Source of the DNA: Candidatus Thorarchaeota archaeon
GTDB lineage: Archaea > Asgardarchaeota > Thorarchaeia > Thorarchaeales > Thorarchaeaceae
Assembly (NCBI GenBank): GCA_004524445.1
Contig: SDNP01000021.1
Coordinates: 1-55,458 of the forward strand
Direction: 5' to 3'
Length of the DNA stretch: 55,458 bases
Part shown: piece after piece, positions 1 through 9,343 of the stretch
Layout of the letters: every line of letters starts with the position of its first letter
Position numbering within the stretch: the stretch's first letter is position 1
Made by a program: the position numbers and the translations under genes
Notes under the pieces: generated by a model
Seen by the model: the letters and a program-made list of their open reading frames with translations, nothing else
The model's database searches: none
What the model was told of the DNA's origin: nothing

Positions 1-162
1 AAAAGAGATTCGGAGGTGAAAAGAATTAGCAAAGACCGGATGAGGGCCATCTATGAGCGCATGACAAAGGATCGTGCAGCCCTCGAATTACTGTCAATTG
101 GCATAGTTAGTGGCATTGCCACAGTAGTGCAGCCGCCTTGTGAGGATCCTAGCCCGTTCTAG
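1..162 (+). CDS. small ORF (or 3' end of an ORF) ending ...VVQPPCEDPSPF
   Basis: Frame 1 is open from base 1 to TAG at 160-162. GGAGGTG SD at 12-18 precedes ATT (25) and ATG (40). The C-terminus resembles the PEPF ending of the downstream micropeptides. Confidence 0.5.
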   Translation, partial: KRDSEVKRISKDRMRAIYERMTKDRAALELLSIGIVSGIATVVQPPCEDPSPF

Positions 163-287
163 CGTAGCCTGGACGTGTGTGGGTTCTCAAGCAAAGCTAG
201 CCCTATTGCTATGTGATTCATGTCCGAATCATTGCAGCTAGTATGGGGAGCCTAGGTTATCACAATCACGGAAGGAGGAGAAGAACC

Positions 288-329
288 TTGGAGCCCGATC
301 TTGGAGCACCATCACCTGAACCATTCTAA
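288..329 (+). CDS. 13-aa micropeptide (M)EPDLGAPSPEPF, copy 1 (TTG start)
   Basis: GGAGGAG SD at 274-280; same peptide as 411-452 with only synonymous differences. An in-frame ATG at 243 is an alternative start. Confidence 0.7.
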   Translation: MEPDLGAPSPEPF

Positions 330-410
330 GAAAAAAGACGGAGAAAACCGAAAACAAACGAGAGTGACACCCGAATAAAAAATCGAACAAGAAGGAGGAT
401 GAAAGAAAAA

Positions 411-452
411 ATGGAACCTGATTTAGGAGCCCCCAGTCCCGAGCCTTTCTAA
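411..452 (+). CDS. 13-aa micropeptide MEPDLGAPSPEPF, copy 2
   Basis: GGAGG SD at 394-398; ATG...TAA; synonymous-only divergence from copy 1. Confidence 0.7.
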   Translation: MEPDLGAPSPEPF

Positions 453-490
453 GAAATATTTGAATAAAACAAAAAAAAGGAGAAAACGAA

Positions 491-742
491 ATGATAGGAA
501 ACGCAACAGAAACAGCATTCGCAAATTTGATAGCACCTGAGAGCGGAAGAGCAGTTGACCCCTTTGCTGACCCAGAAGTTGTACGCTTGACTGCGGTAAA
601 TCTGGAATTAGCAGTGAAGAATTTAATGACTGCTTCAACTCCACCTGAGTGCATAGTCCTCACTGCAGACATCTGCTCACATAGGCTTGTCGCGAGACCC
701 ACCGCAGATGGCGACGTGAGTGTACTAGTGTTCGACGAATAG
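491..742 (+). CDS. 83-aa hypothetical protein, possibly a truncated roadblock/LC7-like fold
   Basis: AAGGAG SD upstream; apparent beta-beta-helix-beta-beta-beta pattern. The fold call is inference. Confidence 0.65.
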   Translation: MIGNATETAFANLIAPESGRAVDPFADPEVVRLTAVNLELAVKNLMTASTPPECIVLTADICSHRLVARPTADGDVSVLVFDE

Positions 743-925
743 CCAGTACTACGACACTGGAAGAGTCTGTATCCGGGGAATATTCCCCGGAAACTGGGCT
801 TGAAGGAGGCTATATAGTGAACGCAGAACATATGAATAACAGGCAAGTGCTTGAGAGGCATTGGTCCTATACAAAATGCCGTAAGCTGAGTATATTGCTT
901 GATGTAGACATATGGAGAAGCCGAT

Positions 926-2368
926 ATGACAGATGTATCCTCGGAAGTCAGTATTCAAAAGGAGGAAGCTTTGACTGATTTTGAAGAAGATATGTTGCCA
1001 GATGAATATGACCAAGCCGAGAAAAATGAGCAAGATTCGCAACAATCGGACAGCGGTCTGCTGTATTCATTGAAACTTATTTTATCAGCGAAAAATTATG
1101 GTGTGTATTTGATTACCTCATGGATTTTTGGGTCTATTGTATATCTTCAAGCATATCTTAATTTGTATCTAAGGGCGCTGGGATGGGATTTCATAGTAAT
1201 GGGTGCTGTTCTGTCAGTACTGGCAGTTTTCGCATCCGTAATGCGATTAATTGGAGGACATGTAGGAGATATCACGAACAGAAAGAACCTCTCGGTCGTC
1301 GCCATGTTACCGATATCAGTTTTCTATTTCATCATCGGTGTCTTTGTTGACCCATTAATGATTGTTATCGGATTGATAGTGTATCAGTCTCACGAAATTG
1401 CTAGGAGCGGCTCATCCGCCTATATTCTAGAAAACACTCCGAAGAAGCACAGTGGTCTGGCAATGTCGCTATTCAATGCGGGGAAGGTCTTCGGCATTGT
1501 CACCTTGGTTATTTTCGGAGCCTCGGTCACTATTCTAGGTTTTACGGAGTCATTCAGACTAATCTTCTTGGTTGCGAGTTTTATTCTATTCTTGTGTGCG
1601 GTTGCTAGGGCAAAGTATCTTGAGTATGATGGGCAAGCTTCTAATGATTTTCAAGATAAGTGGTCACTGAAACGGTTCTTACAGGAAAATAAAAGGGCTG
1701 CAAAATTATTATTGGCTTCAGTCCCAGGCCTCCTTACCATCGTGATTATAGATGGCATCAGTGATTCGTTTTTCAAATTTGGTGCTTTGATATATGCCAA
1801 TGAAGTACTAGCCATTGACATTTCCGGGATCAATATGATACTACTTGTATACTCGGTGCTTTCCGTTCCTCTCCTTTTCAAACTCGGACGAGTATCAGAC
1901 AAAAGTGGCATAAGAAGAGCAGCATTGATTGTATATCTGCTAATGCCAGTGAGTGCTGCACTGCTGATACTTGCCCCAATTATTACATTCTGGGCTCCCC
2001 AAGCGTGGATATTGAATGCAAACAGCACATATCCTGGGCTGGGAGCCATCTTCTCAACGGCATTCATAGCTATAGTAATGAAATACCTAAACGATACGCT
2101 ATGGTATATGGTCCTGCTTACCCTGATCCAGAAGAGCCTTCCAAAGAAGGATACTGCAAAAATACTCTCCATTTTTTGGTTTACAGTATATGTCACTTCA
2201 TCAGTAGGCCCGTTGATTGCAGGAGCCATATTCGAATATCTAAGTCCTGCTTTTCTGTTTGGAATTATGCTTGTACTGAATCTCATAATTTTGATTTCAA
2301 TACAGATGGGTTCCTTTGCAGAGAATAGCGCTTCAGCGAATGGAAACCAAAAAGATGTTGTTGAGTAG
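926..2368 (+). CDS. MFS transporter with acidic N-terminal extension
   Basis: About 12 hydrophobic segments; motif-A-like GGHVGDITNRK and GRVSDKSGIRR. Confidence 0.85.
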   Translation: MTDVSSEVSIQKEEALTDFEEDMLPDEYDQAEKNEQDSQQSDSGLLYSLKLILSAKNYGVYLITSWIFGSIVYLQAYLNLYLRALGWDFIVMGAVLSVLAVFASVMRLIGGHVGDITNRKNLSVVAMLPISVFYFIIGVFVDPLMIVIGLIVYQSHEIARSGSSAYILENTPKKHSGLAMSLFNAGKVFGIVTLVIFGASVTILGFTESFRLIFLVASFILFLCAVARAKYLEYDGQASNDFQDKWSLKRFLQENKRAAKLLLASVPGLLTIVIIDGISDSFFKFGALIYANEVLAIDISGINMILLVYSVLSVPLLFKLGRVSDKSGIRRAALIVYLLMPVSAALLILAPIITFWAPQAWILNANSTYPGLGAIFSTAFIAIVMKYLNDTLWYMVLLTLIQKSLPKKDTAKILSIFWFTVYVTSSVGPLIAGAIFEYLSPAFLFGIMLVLNLIILISIQMGSFAENSASANGNQKDVVE

Positions 2369-2411
2369 AATTCAAAAAGCCTCATGATTAGGACAACGTG
2401 GACATGATTTG

Positions 2412-3053
2412 ATGGCAGACATCGAGAAGGCAACAAAAATCTTGGAGATTTTGCAAGAGAGATATGAAGATGCTCCACAGACCTATCTCAACTGGGAGAA
2501 TCCCTATCAGCTGCTTATTGTGACAATTCTCTCTGCGCATACCACTGATGCAGCAGTCAATTCTGTCTCTAAAGACCTATTCGAGAAGTATCCTACTCCA
2601 AAAGACTTGGCAAATGCCGATGATGAAGATATCATTGATATAATCAGAAGTGTGGGAACCTATAATCGAAAAACGCGCTATATCAAGGAAACTGCAGAAA
2701 TGATGGTAGATGAGTTCGATGGAGAAGTCCCACAGAATATGGAAGATCTTGTAAGATTCACAGGAGTAAGCCGGAAGACTGCTAACGTTGTTCTTCAGAC
2801 TGCATTCGACATCAATGAAGGCGTTGTGGTTGACACACATGTTGGGCGCGTTACCAAGCGTTTGGGCCTCACTGAAGAGAAATCTGCCAAGAAAATCGAG
2901 CAGGACCTAATGGATTTGCTGCCCAAAGATGACTGGGATGAATGGGCACGAATAATGGGAGCTCATGGAAGAGATTTGTGTAATTCAAGAAGTCCTGATT
3001 GCCCCAATTGCCCCGTTAATCACTTGTGCCCATCTGCAGAATTAGAACAATAA
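2412..3053 (+). CDS. nth: endonuclease III (HhH-GPD, 4Fe-4S)
   Basis: LLIVTILSA, GVSRKTANVV HhH, VDTHVGR, C-X6-C-X2-C-X5-C. Confidence 0.95.
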   Translation: MADIEKATKILEILQERYEDAPQTYLNWENPYQLLIVTILSAHTTDAAVNSVSKDLFEKYPTPKDLANADDEDIIDIIRSVGTYNRKTRYIKETAEMMVDEFDGEVPQNMEDLVRFTGVSRKTANVVLQTAFDINEGVVVDTHVGRVTKRLGLTEEKSAKKIEQDLMDLLPKDDWDEWARIMGAHGRDLCNSRSPDCPNCPVNHLCPSAELEQ

Positions 3054-3120
3054 AACGAAAGAGCCTAAAACGAACTAGTGCGTCGCCACGGTAGGTACAA
3101 TCAGTGCTTGGTGGTTGGAT

Positions 3121-4215
3121 ATGAAAATTGGGATGGTGAGCAAGTTTGATGCAGCTGATGGGCTTTGCGTCAGAGCTAACGAGGTTTTACAAGGGTTGGC
3201 GGACCGAGGTCATGAAATCCATGTATTTACACAGTCACAAGAGGTGGCTGGGATTCCCAAGGAAAATATCCACAGATTTCGTGCGTTACAACTCAATCCG
3301 CATTTCTCATTAGATTCTTTCAACGCCATAAAACTGATAGCAGAGGTGTGTCAGCGTCACGACATTGAAGTACTCCATGTGCAAATGAATTCAGGCAGTA
3401 CCGAGTTCCTAATTCCATATTTTGACGACGCACTCCCCCCAAGAGTAGTAACCTTTCACTTGGCATACGCTAGCGGCAGTTCAACATATACTACCCTCTT
3501 TGAGATTGCATGGAAAGCTTCCATTTTTGCGGCGAGAAAGTATGATCAAATAATTTTGGTTGATCCTTCCCAAAAACCATACTTCACTCGGTTGGGAGTA
3601 CCGGATGAGCAACTATCGGTGATTACAAATGGAGTGAACATCAATCTTTTCAAACCTGGAAAACTGAAAGAAAATAATAAGCTCGACTTCGTGTATGTGG
3701 GGCGGCTGAGTTACGACAAGGGCGTACATATTCTCTTGAAAGCATTTCAAAAATATCACCAAGAGAATCCGGACTCTAGGCTCACTCTGATAGGAGATGG
3801 GATGGTAAAGCATCAGATACGGAAGTATAATGAAAACGAGTCTATTCGATGGCTCGGAGTAGTAAATCATCATCATCTGCCTCAAATTTTGTCTGCTATG
3901 GATGTCTTTGTCATTCCGCAGAATATCGGAGGGCTGGGCTTGAGTGTCATGGAAGCAATGAGCTGCGGATTGCCTGTGATTACAACCGCCATAGGTGAAA
4001 CTGCTAAGCTACTAGGACCAGAAGAGGGAATCCTAGTCGAACCGCATAGTATGCATGGTGTTCTCGATGCCATGAGGAGAATTGGGATGGATAGTGCTCT
4101 GAGGGCGGATATGGCCAAGAGATGTCGTAGAAAAATAGAACATCTCTATTCCTGGAAACAACAACTTGGGATTCTTGAAGAAACCTATCAAAAAGCGATC
4201 AGAAGCAAGAACTAG
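3121..4215 (+). CDS. glycosyltransferase family 4 (GT-B)
   Basis: NGVN, YVGRLSYDKG, GLSVMEAMSCGLPVI motifs. Confidence 0.9.
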   Translation: MKIGMVSKFDAADGLCVRANEVLQGLADRGHEIHVFTQSQEVAGIPKENIHRFRALQLNPHFSLDSFNAIKLIAEVCQRHDIEVLHVQMNSGSTEFLIPYFDDALPPRVVTFHLAYASGSSTYTTLFEIAWKASIFAARKYDQIILVDPSQKPYFTRLGVPDEQLSVITNGVNINLFKPGKLKENNKLDFVYVGRLSYDKGVHILLKAFQKYHQENPDSRLTLIGDGMVKHQIRKYNENESIRWLGVVNHHHLPQILSAMDVFVIPQNIGGLGLSVMEAMSCGLPVITTAIGETAKLLGPEEGILVEPHSMHGVLDAMRRIGMDSALRADMAKRCRRKIEHLYSWKQQLGILEETYQKAIRSKN

Positions 4216-4300
4216 TGTTATCTCACTATTTTTTGTTCATACTGGTCACTGCATATGATTTATCTTTGGTCTTCAATCAGTCTAATTGTAGAATAACTAG

Positions 4301-5626
4301 GTGAACATTGTGTTAGATATCAAGTTCATTCGAGAAAATCCAAAGGAGATAAGAGAGAATCTCAAGAAGAGACGAAACAATGAGAAACTCAAAGATTTAG
4401 AGCGGCTCATTGAACTTGATGAGAAAGTAAGGAAACTTAAGTGGGAGAGTCAGAAGCTTCGGACACAGAGAAATAAGCTATCAAGAAAAGTAGGAGAACT
4501 GAAGAAAGCGGGAAAAGACGCGTCGGAGATTATTGAGAAGGTCAATGGAATAAATGCGGGCATCGAAAAAATTGAGAATGAAACAGAAGTTCTTGAAGAA
4601 AATCTCATTCAAATTCAAATGAGGATTCCAAATATTCTGCACGAGAGTGTGCCATACGGAAAGGATGAAGAGGATAATGAGGTTGTATCTGAATGGGGTG
4701 GAAGACCGGATGCCGGATTCGAAATCAAAAGTCATGTGGATTTGATAGAAACTCTGAATCTGGCTGATATCTCTAGGGCCGCGAAAATAGCTGGTTCGAG
4801 GTTCTTCTTCCTCAAAAATGAACTTGTTATGCTAGATATCGCAATGCAGAAGCTAGCATTGGAGATGTTGATTGACAGGGGTTTCAGCCCAATTTATCCA
4901 CCATTCATGATGAGGAGAACTCCGTATGAAGGAGTTACAGATTTGGCCGATTTTGGTGATGTAATGTACAAGATAGAAGATGAAGACCTCTATCTAATAG
5001 CAACATCAGAGCATCCCATTGCAGCAATGTATATGGATGAGATATTCGAACCAACTCAGCTCCCAATCAAGTTTGCAGGAATTAGCACCTGCTTTAGGAA
5101 GGAAGCTGGAACTCATGGTAAGGACACAAAAGGCGTCTTTCGTGTGCATCAATTCAGCAAGGTCGAGCAATTTGTGTTTAGTCACCCTGATGACTCCTGG
5201 AAAATACATGAGGAACTGCGAGAGAATATGGAGGCATATTTCAGGAAATTGGAGATTCCATATCGCATTGTTAACGTTTGTACAGGAGATATTGGCATAG
5301 TCGCATCGAAAAAGTATGATTTAGAAGCGTGGATGCCTGGGCAGGATAGGTATCGAGAGCTGGGATCCTGTAGCAATTGCACTTCATATCAGGCAACTAG
5401 ACTAAATGTCAAGCACAGAATCGAGAAGGGGAGCGCCGAAAAGGACTATCTTCATACACTCAATAGCACAATGGTAGCCAACCCACGGGCATTTGTGGCA
5501 ATTTTGGAGAATTTTCAGCAAGAGGATGGTACCGTGGAGATCCCAAAGGCTTTGCACAAGTATCTTCCTCCAAAAATGAGAGAAATTAGAGTGGATAAGG
5601 ACTGGCTTGGCAGTTCTAAGAAGTAA
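4301..5626 (+). CDS. serS: seryl-tRNA synthetase
   Basis: N-terminal coiled coil, LIATSE, CFRKEAG, FRVHQFSKVEQF, ELGSCSNC, HTLNST. Confidence 0.97.
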   Translation: MNIVLDIKFIRENPKEIRENLKKRRNNEKLKDLERLIELDEKVRKLKWESQKLRTQRNKLSRKVGELKKAGKDASEIIEKVNGINAGIEKIENETEVLEENLIQIQMRIPNILHESVPYGKDEEDNEVVSEWGGRPDAGFEIKSHVDLIETLNLADISRAAKIAGSRFFFLKNELVMLDIAMQKLALEMLIDRGFSPIYPPFMMRRTPYEGVTDLADFGDVMYKIEDEDLYLIATSEHPIAAMYMDEIFEPTQLPIKFAGISTCFRKEAGTHGKDTKGVFRVHQFSKVEQFVFSHPDDSWKIHEELRENMEAYFRKLEIPYRIVNVCTGDIGIVASKKYDLEAWMPGQDRYRELGSCSNCTSYQATRLNVKHRIEKGSAEKDYLHTLNSTMVANPRAFVAILENFQQEDGTVEIPKALHKYLPPKMREIRVDKDWLGSSKK

Positions 5627-5637
5627 ATTGATAGAAT

Positions 5638-6867
5638 CTAAAGCCCAGCCTCAACGGCCATCTTGATGGCATTATCTATTGATCGTTGCAAGTCAGGCGG
5701 TAAGTCAGGCACCTCGAGCTTCACAAATCCATTCACAATTAACGATGTCGCTTCTTCCTCATCTAAGCCTCGACTCATTAGGTAGGTAAGCTGTTCGGCA
5801 CCAACTTTTCCCACAGTTGCCTCGTGGCTTAATTCGGTCCCCTCTGCTCGAGCATTAAGCATAGGTACTGCTCGAATAGCCCCTTCATCACTTAGAAGAA
5901 GCCCATCACATTCTAGTCTTGCTCTAGTCTTTGGCGATAGCCCAATCAAATCGCCGCGAGCCACTATTTCTGCACTATCTGTGGCGATAGACCGGGAAAT
6001 TACTTTCCCATTAGTCTTCTCGGCTTCCAGACTCAGAGAACCCCCAATATCGTAATAGGAATCCTTGCTTCCATAAACAACCGAATATAGATCTGCCTTG
6101 GCACCTACACCCCGTAATCGAACTTTTGGAAAGGTCTGTATGGACTTCAGGGGACTTAGAACAGCATAGGTTGAAAGAAATACACCCCCCGCGTCAACGT
6201 GGATGGCTGAACGAGGACGGACATCAGTCTGTTCACTCCATTTATGGACCATTGTAAAGGACAACCGGGCATTTTCCTGAACATAAAACTCTGATATTCC
6301 CAAATGCAACGAGCGTTCAAGGTCGCTAGGAGTGGCACACCCTGTGATTATGTGCAACTCCGAACCCTCTTCGGCAACGATGATATTGTGGACGTTTTGA
6401 ACAGACCGATTTTTCTTCATAATCAGACAGGTCTGAACGGGCATCTGGATATTCGCTCCAGCCATTGCCCTAATGAAATACCCATTGTATGGGTTCAACT
6501 CACTGGTTGCCGTATACTTGTCCACATCAACAGGAACCGCTTTCCAGAGATACTTTTTAGCCCAATCATGTTTCTCAAGAGCTTCCCTGATAGGAATTAC
6601 TTCCAATCCCTCCTGTTGCATCATGATGTCAGCAAGAAAGCTCTCATTGTCGAATTGAATGAAGGAACCAGATGTCTTCTTTCCGGATACATCGAAACCA
6701 ACTTCTGAAGCAATCGATCGGTCAGAAGTGTCAAGTTCCTCTAAGCTTTCGATTTGCCTCATGTCTGATTCTGCATACGCATAGCTCTCAAGATTGAGGT
6801 CTTCACCAAAGGCTGCCTCTTTTTTCAGGGCTTCTTCAGCTCGTTTCTTCACTTTTTCTGATGTCAT
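5638..6867 (-). CDS. sufB: SufB/SmsB-type Fe-S scaffold
   Basis: HNIIVAEEGSE, ITGC, LECDGLL, ELSHEATVG, YLMSRGL; directly after sufC. Alternative start at 6894. Confidence 0.92.
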   Translation of the reverse strand: MTSEKVKKRAEEALKKEAAFGEDLNLESYAYAESDMRQIESLEELDTSDRSIASEVGFDVSGKKTSGSFIQFDNESFLADIMMQQEGLEVIPIREALEKHDWAKKYLWKAVPVDVDKYTATSELNPYNGYFIRAMAGANIQMPVQTCLIMKKNRSVQNVHNIIVAEEGSELHIITGCATPSDLERSLHLGISEFYVQENARLSFTMVHKWSEQTDVRPRSAIHVDAGGVFLSTYAVLSPLKSIQTFPKVRLRGVGAKADLYSVVYGSKDSYYDIGGSLSLEAEKTNGKVISRSIATDSAEIVARGDLIGLSPKTRARLECDGLLLSDEGAIRAVPMLNARAEGTELSHEATVGKVGAEQLTYLMSRGLDEEEATSLIVNGFVKLEVPDLPPDLQRSIDNAIKMAVEAGL

Positions 6868-6890
6868 TTTTGACTCTCCTGAAATATGTT

Positions 6891-7664
6891 TCATGCGGTG
6901 ACTTCCGCAAGAAATCGATCATAGCCTTTCTCTTGAAGAACGGGAATATCCTTCATGTCCCCGGTATATGCCACTCTCCCATTTTGAAGGATGAATATCG
7001 TATCAACTTCGAGAAACTCAAGGATGTATCTGTGGTGGCTAATTACAACCATAGTGGTATCTCCTTTATCTCTAATGGATTTGAGCTCCCTCCCCACCAC
7101 CTTCAATGAATCATAGTCCAAACCACTATCTGGTTCATCCAAAAACATAATGTCTGGTCGGAGTGACAGTACTTGAAACAACTCACTTCGCTTCATTTCT
7201 CCACCTGAAAAATTGTCATTGAGGTCTCTATCTGCAAGATTAGAAATGCCCAATCTATCGAAGTCATCATAGAGTTCCTGTCGACAGACGCAGCTTTCGC
7301 CCATCAGATGGTCGGATGGTGCTTTGCATTCATAATCAGGGCAAATCCTGCAAATGAAGTCGTCCAACTTGACACCCGGAATAGCAGGAGGATGTTGAAA
7401 GGCGTACGCGATCCCCATTTTTGCTCTCTGGCTAATATCTTTCTTAAGGAGAGATTCGCCCTTGAAGATGATTTCTCCCCCAGTAATCTCGTACTGTGGA
7501 AGACCCATTACTGCTTTTGCAAGAGTTGATTTTCCAGACGCATTAGGCCCAAGAACCGCATAGACCGCATCCTGCTCGAAAGCCATATCAACTCCACTTA
7601 GAATCGGTATGCCTTCAACTTCCACACGAAGGTCCCGTATCTCCATTAACTTCCCTTCATTCAA
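6891..7664 (-). CDS. sufC: SufC/SmsC-type ABC ATPase
   Basis: Walker A GPNASGKST, FQHPP, FSGGEMKR, LDEPDSGLD. Confidence 0.92.
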   Translation of the reverse strand: MNEGKLMEIRDLRVEVEGIPILSGVDMAFEQDAVYAVLGPNASGKSTLAKAVMGLPQYEITGGEIIFKGESLLKKDISQRAKMGIAYAFQHPPAIPGVKLDDFICRICPDYECKAPSDHLMGESCVCRQELYDDFDRLGISNLADRDLNDNFSGGEMKRSELFQVLSLRPDIMFLDEPDSGLDYDSLKVVGRELKSIRDKGDTTMVVISHHRYILEFLEVDTIFILQNGRVAYTGDMKDIPVLQEKGYDRFLAEVTA

Positions 7665-7734
7665 ATAACATCACATCTCCTATTTGCAGTACAGGAGGGT
7701 AAATTGCCTTCTGTGCAGATGGACAGAATGCTTG

Positions 7735-8166
7735 CTAGTGTTTAGTATATGTTCCCATTAACTCTCCGACTTCAATCTTGTGATTCTCACATTTTTCTGT
7801 GAAATTATCCTTAGCCACAAACTTTAGTTCGGGAATGTCAAGCGCATATAATTTGAAAAAATATCTGTGAGTACCTGATGGAGGTGCAGGTCCGCCCCAG
7901 CCAACTTCTCCAAAATCATTCTCTAATTCGACTCCTGGCACCGGACCACCAGATGGAATTTCAGTCACGTCCGGATCTATCGAATGAACCATCCAATGTA
8001 TCCAATCACCAGCGGGGGCATCTGGATCATGACACAAAAGAGCCAGACTTTTCGCCTTTGCAGGAACGTTATCCCATGCAAGATGTGGAATCTCATTTCC
8101 CTTACGATATGCGCATTTATCTGGAATGGTTTCTGAGTCATTAAAATCGTTACTTCGAAGTTCCAT
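7735..8166 (-). CDS. YbhB/YbcL (PEBP) family protein
   Basis: DPDAP, IHW, GPAPPSGTHRYFFKLYALD. Confidence 0.92.
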   Translation of the reverse strand: MELRSNDFNDSETIPDKCAYRKGNEIPHLAWDNVPAKAKSLALLCHDPDAPAGDWIHWMVHSIDPDVTEIPSGGPVPGVELENDFGEVGWGGPAPPSGTHRYFFKLYALDIPELKFVAKDNFTEKCENHKIEVGELMGTYTKH

Positions 8167-8222
8167 CGAAACTCATCTCAGTTAGCTATATTGAACCCCG
8201 GCCTTGTTAAGCTTAGTGTATG

Positions 8223-8708
8223 TTATTCTTCTGCTTTTGTATTTTTGAGATGAGAAGATAAATGATCAGCAACCCACGAAACATACTTGTCGCAATTGGA
8301 AGTATTTGGTGGGTGATTCTTGCGTTCTTTGCCCGAAGGTGGTAATTCGCCTGCGTCCATTGCTCGGAGTTCATCACATCTTACAGAGCCCCAAGAGTCA
8401 TAGAAATCATCAAGGTATTTTCTAACCGTATCTCTAAGTTTCTTGCGCCGAATTTCGAACGAGGATGGTGATTCCATACCTGTTGTTCCTTTCACAAGAG
8501 CCAAGCAAATGACGCCCCCTGTGACGGCCCCACATAGTTCTCCACGTCCGCACACTCCGCCACCTAAAGCTGATGCAATCCTCATTATTGCGGCATCAAA
8601 CCCAGGCAGTTCTTTCTCGCGGTTCACTTTCAGAAGAACACTCTCTGCGCAGTTCAATTTGAGCCCATTGATTTCTTCCATTGCTCTTGCCAAACCGAGT
8701 GCCTTCAA
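8223..8708 (-). CDS. C_GCAxxG_C_C family redox protein
   Basis: NCAES, LGGG...ELCGAVTGG, VRCDEL, NCDKYV. Confidence 0.85.
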   Translation of the reverse strand: MKALGLARAMEEINGLKLNCAESVLLKVNREKELPGFDAAIMRIASALGGGVCGRGELCGAVTGGVICLALVKGTTGMESPSSFEIRRKKLRDTVRKYLDDFYDSWGSVRCDELRAMDAGELPPSGKERKNHPPNTSNCDKYVSWVADHLSSHLKNTKAEE

Positions 8709-8804
8709 AGCATGCTAAAAGTCCTTGGATTCTTGCCATCACAAGAATTCACACAAACATCATGCTTAAAACCAAGAAGGCATGAGAGCAGTTTGGGTAT
8801 AGCA

Positions 8805-9272
8805 ATGTCAGTGCAGGAGTCATTTGAGAACCTAATCTCGTTGGCGATTGAAAAGGAAGAAGAAGCATATGCCTTCTACACAGAAGCAGCAGAAGAAGCA
8901 TCTCTAAAATCTTCTGCGAAATTACTAAAAGAGCTTGCGGATCAAGAACTAGGTCACAAGGAGAAATTGCAGGATGCCATGGAGGAGGGCGTCTGTGAGT
9001 CTTTCACTTGTTCGTCCGTTGAGGAGGTCAAGGATGAAGGACTTAGCGAGTATTTAGTAGATATTCCGTTGAAGGCATCATCCTCGCCTCAAGATATCTT
9101 AGTAGTTGCCATCAAGAGAGAAAAGGGGGCTCACGATTTCTATCAAAGGCTTTCAGAGCTCACTGGGAACCAACATCATCGAGTTGTTTTTGAAACGCTT
9201 GCCAAAGAGGAAAAGAAACACAAAGAGAGATTAGAGCACATGTATGATGAAGCGTTTCAGCCTTGGAATTAG
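8805..9272 (+). CDS. rubrerythrin/ferritin-like diiron protein
   Basis: Duplicated AI-x2-E...FY...LA-x2-E-x2-H motifs. Confidence 0.88.
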   Translation: MSVQESFENLISLAIEKEEEAYAFYTEAAEEASLKSSAKLLKELADQELGHKEKLQDAMEEGVCESFTCSSVEEVKDEGLSEYLVDIPLKASSSPQDILVVAIKREKGAHDFYQRLSELTGNQHHRVVFETLAKEEKKHKERLEHMYDEAFQPWN

Positions 9273-9343
9273 TAATAACATAGCTAACGACGTATGTAGT
9301 ATAAATGAAAAGTGAAGGGGAGAACCCCCCTCCCCTGCAAATT

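Noticed and set aside
271-490. CRISPR-like or DNA-level tandem repeat array
   Set aside because: Only two units, conserved at the amino-acid rather than nucleotide level; no cas genes.
238-861. 207-aa minus-strand ORF over the peptide cassette
   Set aside because: Phe/Ser-rich shadow of the A-rich plus strand. SD sites, stops and the synonymous pattern all fit the plus-strand frames.
1651-2478. Long antisense ORFs (also 9305-9748 and 54183-54869)
   Set aside because: They overlap well-supported genes on the opposite strand and have no recognisable motifs.
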